Source: a virus (taxonomy: Duplodnaviria > Caudoviricetes). From it: 38,818 nucleotides of DNA. The translations under genes were made by a program, and so were the position numbers. The DNA is taken from positions 1 to 38,818 of the IMG/VR virus record IMGVR_UViG_3300036798_000782; one strand, written 5' to 3'. Below, in pieces: positions 35,244 through 38,818 of the stretch (positions are counted from its first letter, which is position 1; the number at the start of each line of letters is the position of its first letter). The notes under the pieces are model-generated. The model saw only the letters and a program-made list of their open reading frames with translations, was not told the origin of the DNA and did no database searches.

Positions 35244-35726
35244 ATGGACAATAAGTTGAGCGAACTGAGCAAGCCGGTAGGCATTCATCCAGAAGTTAGG
35301 GAATTCATTGAGACTGGAATAAACGACGCCACTACTCACGACAGCGTTGATCAGTGCGATTACCTTTTTGCGGCGAATCTAGAAAAGCTTTTGCAGCCAC
35401 TCTACTCGCAAGAGTACGTCTCCGCCCTTGATGAGATAGCCCAGCATTGGATTGGAGAGTCTGCCGGATGGAAGAAGCGCGCCGAGGACGCAGAGAAGCG
35501 CATCGCCGAGTTGGAAGGTCAGTTGCAGTCTGGCTTCACGCCCGAAGCACTTGCACAAGAAGAGCGAGCAGAGAACGCGGAGCAATGAGTAGCCGAGCTG
35601 GAAGCCAAGCTGGCTACGCCGGTGCGGTTGCCGAAGTTAAGTGGTGACGAGGATTTAGCTGAGTGCGTTTTCAAGTATGTGGCTGCTATCCGCGCGGCTG
35701 GCTTCAAGATTGAAGGAGAAGATTAA
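35244..35726 (+). pseudogene. Ead/Ea22-like gene interrupted by an in-frame TGA at 35586-35588
   Basis: The frame continues past the TGA as VAELEAKLATPVRLP...AIRAAGFKIEGED* and ends coupled to the next ATG. Confidence 0.7.
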
Positions 35727-36199
35727 TGCTAACGACAGAACGCATGGCAGAAATTGCAAAGCTGGCCATTCGACTGCAACAAATCAGCAGCTGCGCGGCT
35801 GTTACCAGTAGCGGCGAAACCGTGCTGCATCATACGCATGTGGGTGAGATTCTATCGGCGCTGCACGATGTTACTTCCGAACTCCTGGCTAACCGGGAGG
35901 CGCAGCCGGTGGGGTTCAGATATCGACATAAGGACACAGTATCATGGCTGTACAACGATTGGCGCTGGCCTGATTCGGTTGAAGTGGAGCAATGCCAGAT
36001 TGAGTGGCTCTACCCCGCCCCGCCAGCTCCAGCAGTGCCGCCGGAAGCAACGCCCGATAACATTGAAAATCTTCTGGCAGACATCACTCTGTTTTTCACT
36101 GCTGGCAGCTTATCGCACGGTGGATCGGTCATGTTTGCAGAAGTGTGGAACGCCTGCCGCGCCGCAATGCTGGCAGCAGCGCCGGAGGGTGGGAATTGA
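35726..36199 (+). CDS. Eaa-like early protein
   Basis: ELLANREAQPV..LYPAPPAPAVP..WNACRAAMLAAAP motifs. Confidence 0.75.
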   Translation: MLTTERMAEIAKLAIRLQQISSCAAVTSSGETVLHHTHVGEILSALHDVTSELLANREAQPVGFRYRHKDTVSWLYNDWRWPDSVEVEQCQIEWLYPAPPAPAVPPEATPDNIENLLADITLFFTAGSLSHGGSVMFAEVWNACRAAMLAAAPEGGN

Positions 36200-36237
36200 C
36201 TCGCAGCCAACCTTAATTATACTGTATGCATAAACAG
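36196..36237 (+). promoter_or_regulatory. SOS promoter with LexA box
   Basis: TTGACT-N16-TATACT overlapped by CTGTATGCATAAACAG (36222-36237). Confidence 0.85.
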
Positions 36238-36256
36238 TATTCTTATGGTGTAAGTT

Positions 36257-36517
36257 ATGACTACGAAAAACGACAGCGGCTATCAGGTCGTTTACCGCGG
36301 CGAAACACTGGAGTATCCCAAAGAAGGCGGCTGGGTGTTCTTCCAGCGGATGAAGGAATACGGCGGCGGGTACTGGCTAGGGCGCACCTATCACGATCGC
36401 TTCGTTCTGGAGTATGATCGGCCCACTTCACTACATGACGGCATCAAATTTATCCTCGAGATGCGCGCTGCAGAGCTAAACTTTGCAACGTTCGATGATG
36501 ACTTTGAGCTGATATAG
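36257..36517 (+). CDS. Hypothetical protein in the SOS moron
   Basis: First ORF after the LexA box; aromatic- and Gly-rich. Confidence 0.7.
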   Translation: MTTKNDSGYQVVYRGETLEYPKEGGWVFFQRMKEYGGGYWLGRTYHDRFVLEYDRPTSLHDGIKFILEMRAAELNFATFDDDFELI

Positions 36518-36526
36518 GATTGGGCG

Positions 36527-36781
36527 ATGTCATACAACATAGCGGGTAAATCACCGGAAGAGCGCGAGAAGGTTAACGTGGATTTGGCTGCTTCAGGCGT
36601 AGCTTACAAAGAACGCATGAATATGCCGATTGTGCCTGCGCAAGTTGAAGAAGAGCAGCCGGCGCATCTGCGCGAATACTTCCGTGATCGACTTCAGCAT
36701 TATCGTGGCCAGAGCCACAAATTCCCAGGGCCAAGCGACCCGCGCTATCAGCAGATGGCTGACGCCAACGGCAAGAAGTAA
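36527..36781 (+). CDS. holE: DNA polymerase III theta subunit homologue (HolE/Hot)
   Basis: EKVNVDLAASGVAYKERMNMP....V..EQP.HLREYFRDRL. Confidence 0.93.
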   Translation: MSYNIAGKSPEEREKVNVDLAASGVAYKERMNMPIVPAQVEEEQPAHLREYFRDRLQHYRGQSHKFPGPSDPRYQQMADANGKK

Positions 36782-36799
36782 ATCCAACCAACTGACATG

Positions 36800-36824
36800 A
36801 ACCCACAACGGCGGGTTTTTTGTT
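36800..36824 (+). terminator. Terminator of the theta moron
   Basis: AACCC..GGGTT followed by TTTTTGTT. Confidence 0.65.
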
Positions 36825-36851
36825 GCCCTATCTCCAAGCGGAGTAACCATT

Positions 36852-37073
36852 ATGGACACTATCAGCGTCAGGATTCCCCGCGCCTATTTCACTGACGGGC
36901 GCGTTAGCACGGATGCATTGCAGCAGAAACTTCATCAAGCACTGTGGGAGCGTACGGGCGTGATGCCTGCTCCTGTTCGAGTCTTCTTGCATGAAGGTAA
37001 CGCAATCATGGCATCCGGCTGTGGCGCTGATGATGTCGAGAACATTTTAGGATTAGGAGTTAAACATGGCTGA
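36852..37073 (+). CDS. Hypothetical protein
   Basis: GGAG RBS; coupled to the next gene. Confidence 0.65.
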   Translation: MDTISVRIPRAYFTDGRVSTDALQQKLHQALWERTGVMPAPVRVFLHEGNAIMASGCGADDVENILGLGVKHG

Positions 37074-37275
37074 CATCATCGACAACGCACAAGAGCAAGA
37101 AGAACTGATTATCCTTGCAGCCTTATCCAACAGGCCAAAGCCATCAATGGTGTTTACTGGCCTCTGTTATTGGTGTGGAGAGACTATCAGCAAGGGTAAT
37201 TTCTGCCTCGGCGACAGCTGTGCTGAAGACTACGAGCGCCGGATAAAAGCAGACAGACAACGAGGTGTCGCATGA
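37066..37275 (+). CDS. Small C4 zinc-finger protein (TraR/DksA-like phage family)
   Basis: MADIIDNAQE..GLCYWCGE..FC...C..DYE. Confidence 0.7.
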   Translation: MADIIDNAQEQEELIILAALSNRPKPSMVFTGLCYWCGETISKGNFCLGDSCAEDYERRIKADRQRGVA

Positions 37276-37463
37276 GAACAAAACAAAGCGCCCTGCTCAT
37301 CTTTGGTGGCCGCATGATCACTATCTATCTGGGTGCGGCTGATGATGAAGAGTATGCCGGTAAGATGGCGATTCTCGAGCAGATCGTTAAGCCTGGCGTA
37401 AAGCTCATAGCCGAGCAATCAACTCTCATCTCACACACTCCGGCAAACATCACAATCCAGTAG
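37272..37463 (+). CDS. Hypothetical small protein
   Basis: Coupled ORF; start uncertain. Confidence 0.5.
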   Translation: MRTKQSALLIFGGRMITIYLGAADDEEYAGKMAILEQIVKPGVKLIAEQSTLISHTPANITIQ

Positions 37464-37469
37464 GTGCCA

Positions 37470-37841
37470 ATGGACAAATACAGCCTTTCACGCAGTGAGG
37501 CCTGTAACTTCCTTGGTATCTCAGCACCCACGTTGACGAGCTGGATACGCTCTGGAAGACTGCAGGCAACAAGAAAAGACCCATCAAAAACCAAATCCCC
37601 CTACCTAATCACTCGCCAAGCCTGTATTGCCGCGCTTAACAATCCGATCCACACTGTGCCGGTGAGCGCGGATGATGCACATGAGGAGAAAGCAGCATGT
37701 CATTATTCCGCCGAGGGGAAACCTGGTACGGGAGTTACACGTCGCCAAGCGGCAAAAGAATTAAGGAGTCGCTTGGGACTAAGGACAGACGCCAAGCGCA
37801 GGAGTTGCACGACCGAAGAAAAGCTGAGCTTTGGAGAATAG
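37470..37841 (+). CDS. xis: Excisionase (P22/DLP12 type)
   Basis: [41 protein letters not shown]; overlaps the int start. Confidence 0.9.
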   Translation: MDKYSLSRSEACNFLGISAPTLTSWIRSGRLQATRKDPSKTKSPYLITRQACIAALNNPIHTVPVSADDAHEEKAACHYSAEGKPGTGVTRRQAAKELRSRLGLRTDAKRRSCTTEEKLSFGE

Positions 37842-38818
37842 ACCGGCTGGGAGATTTCCCAGAAGTCACATTTGAAGAGGCGTGCTTACGCTGGCTGGAA
37901 GAAAAGGCGCACAAGAAATCACTCGATGCAGACAAGGGCCGGATTGGATTCTGGCTCATGCATTTTGAGGGGGTTTTGCTGAAGGACATTACTGAGGCAA
38001 AGATTTATACAGCAGTCAGCAGGATGACGAACAGGAAGGCAGAGGAACGATGGGCGTTAAGAGCCGAGGCTCTTTCCAGGAAAGGAATTGAGATAGAGCA
38101 GAGGAAGGCCGAGCCTGTATCTACCTCAACCAAGGCCAAGCATCTGGCGCTCATGAAGGCATTGATGCGTGCAGCAGAGCGTGACTGGAAATGGATTGAG
38201 AAGTCTCCGGTGATCAAGGTGCCACAGGAAAGGAACAAGCGTGTCAGGTGGCTTGAGCCAGCGCAGGCGCAGAGTCTTATTGATGAGTGTCCTGAGCCGC
38301 TTAAATCCACCGTAGAATTCGCGCTGACTACTGGACTTCGACGGTCTAACATCATTGAGCTTGCATGGTCGCAGATAGACATGCAAAGGAAGGTAGCCTG
38401 GATTTATCCAGAGGATAGCAAATCAGGACGGGCAATTGGCATCGCTCTCAACGACACCGCTTGCACCGTTCTGCGGAGACAAATAGGAAATCATCATCGT
38501 TGGGTGTTCGTTCACAAAGACCCGGTGAGGAAAATGCGAGTCGATTCTAACACTGCGTGGCGCGCTGCGTTAAGACGAGCTGGCATTGATGATTTCCGTT
38601 TTCATGACTTGCGACATACGTGGGCGAGTTGGCTGATCCAGTCAGGCGTGCCGCTTTCTGCACTTCAGGAAATGGGAGGATGGGAGAGCATCGAAATGGT
38701 ACAGCGATACGCTCACCTTGCACCAAACCATCTAACTGAGCATGCGAGGCAAATTGACGCGATTTTCGGAGGTTTAGTCCCAAATCTGTCCCATGATGAA
38801 ATTGGAAAGACGGGATGA
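37697..38818 (+). CDS. int: Tyrosine integrase, DLP12 IntD/P22 type
   Basis: [32 protein letters not shown]; closely resembles argU-targeting IntD. Confidence 0.96.
   Translation: MSLFRRGETWYGSYTSPSGKRIKESLGTKDRRQAQELHDRRKAELWRIDRLGDFPEVTFEEACLRWLEEKAHKKSLDADKGRIGFWLMHFEGVLLKDITEAKIYTAVSRMTNRKAEERWALRAEALSRKGIEIEQRKAEPVSTSTKAKHLALMKALMRAAERDWKWIEKSPVIKVPQERNKRVRWLEPAQAQSLIDECPEPLKSTVEFALTTGLRRSNIIELAWSQIDMQRKVAWIYPEDSKSGRAIGIALNDTACTVLRRQIGNHHRWVFVHKDPVRKMRVDSNTAWRAALRRAGIDDFRFHDLRHTWASWLIQSGVPLSALQEMGGWESIEMVQRYAHLAPNHLTEHARQIDAIFGGLVPNLSHDEIGKTG

Larger units (their letters stand above)
460..38818. mobile_element. P22/Sf6/HK620-like temperate podovirus prophage (second att site outside the window)
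   Basis: Complete syntenic lambdoid early region plus P22-like head and tail operon, bounded by a tRNA-derived att core and the integrase. Confidence 0.97.

Overview
The window holds a nearly complete P22/Sf6/HK620-like (Lederbergvirus-type) prophage of an enterobacterium, about 460-38818. It is integrated at the 3' half of tRNA-Arg(UCU) (argU-type site) by a DLP12/IntD-like integrase. One host gamma-glutamylcyclotransferase-like gene lies outside the att site at 1-327; the other att site is beyond the window end. The minus strand carries cro-cII-replication-nin-Q, the lysis cassette and the full podovirus morphogenesis operon ending in a tailspike. The plus strand carries an HK022-like cI, then pL/nutL-N-cIII-kil-recT-ea genes-xis-int. 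There is no gtr cassette and no antirepressor. The most interesting accessory element sits between cI and pL (29160-30310). It has a GATC-rich promoter with a LexA box, a 197-aa protein with a recombinase core-binding-like motif but no catalytic domain, a ~160-nt densely base-paired spacer with a possible pseudoknot, a 57-aa basic protein whose start is held in a hairpin, and a terminator. I interpret it as a candidate protein-RNA-protein defence or toxin/antitoxin module. Other notable items: two 30-aa YmiA-like membrane peptides, a putative antiholin before the holin, a candidate structured RNA after Rz, an SOS-controlled Pol III theta moron, a lengthened tail needle, and an in-frame TGA in an Ead-like gene. 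All family assignments are from recalled sequence similarity, not database searches.
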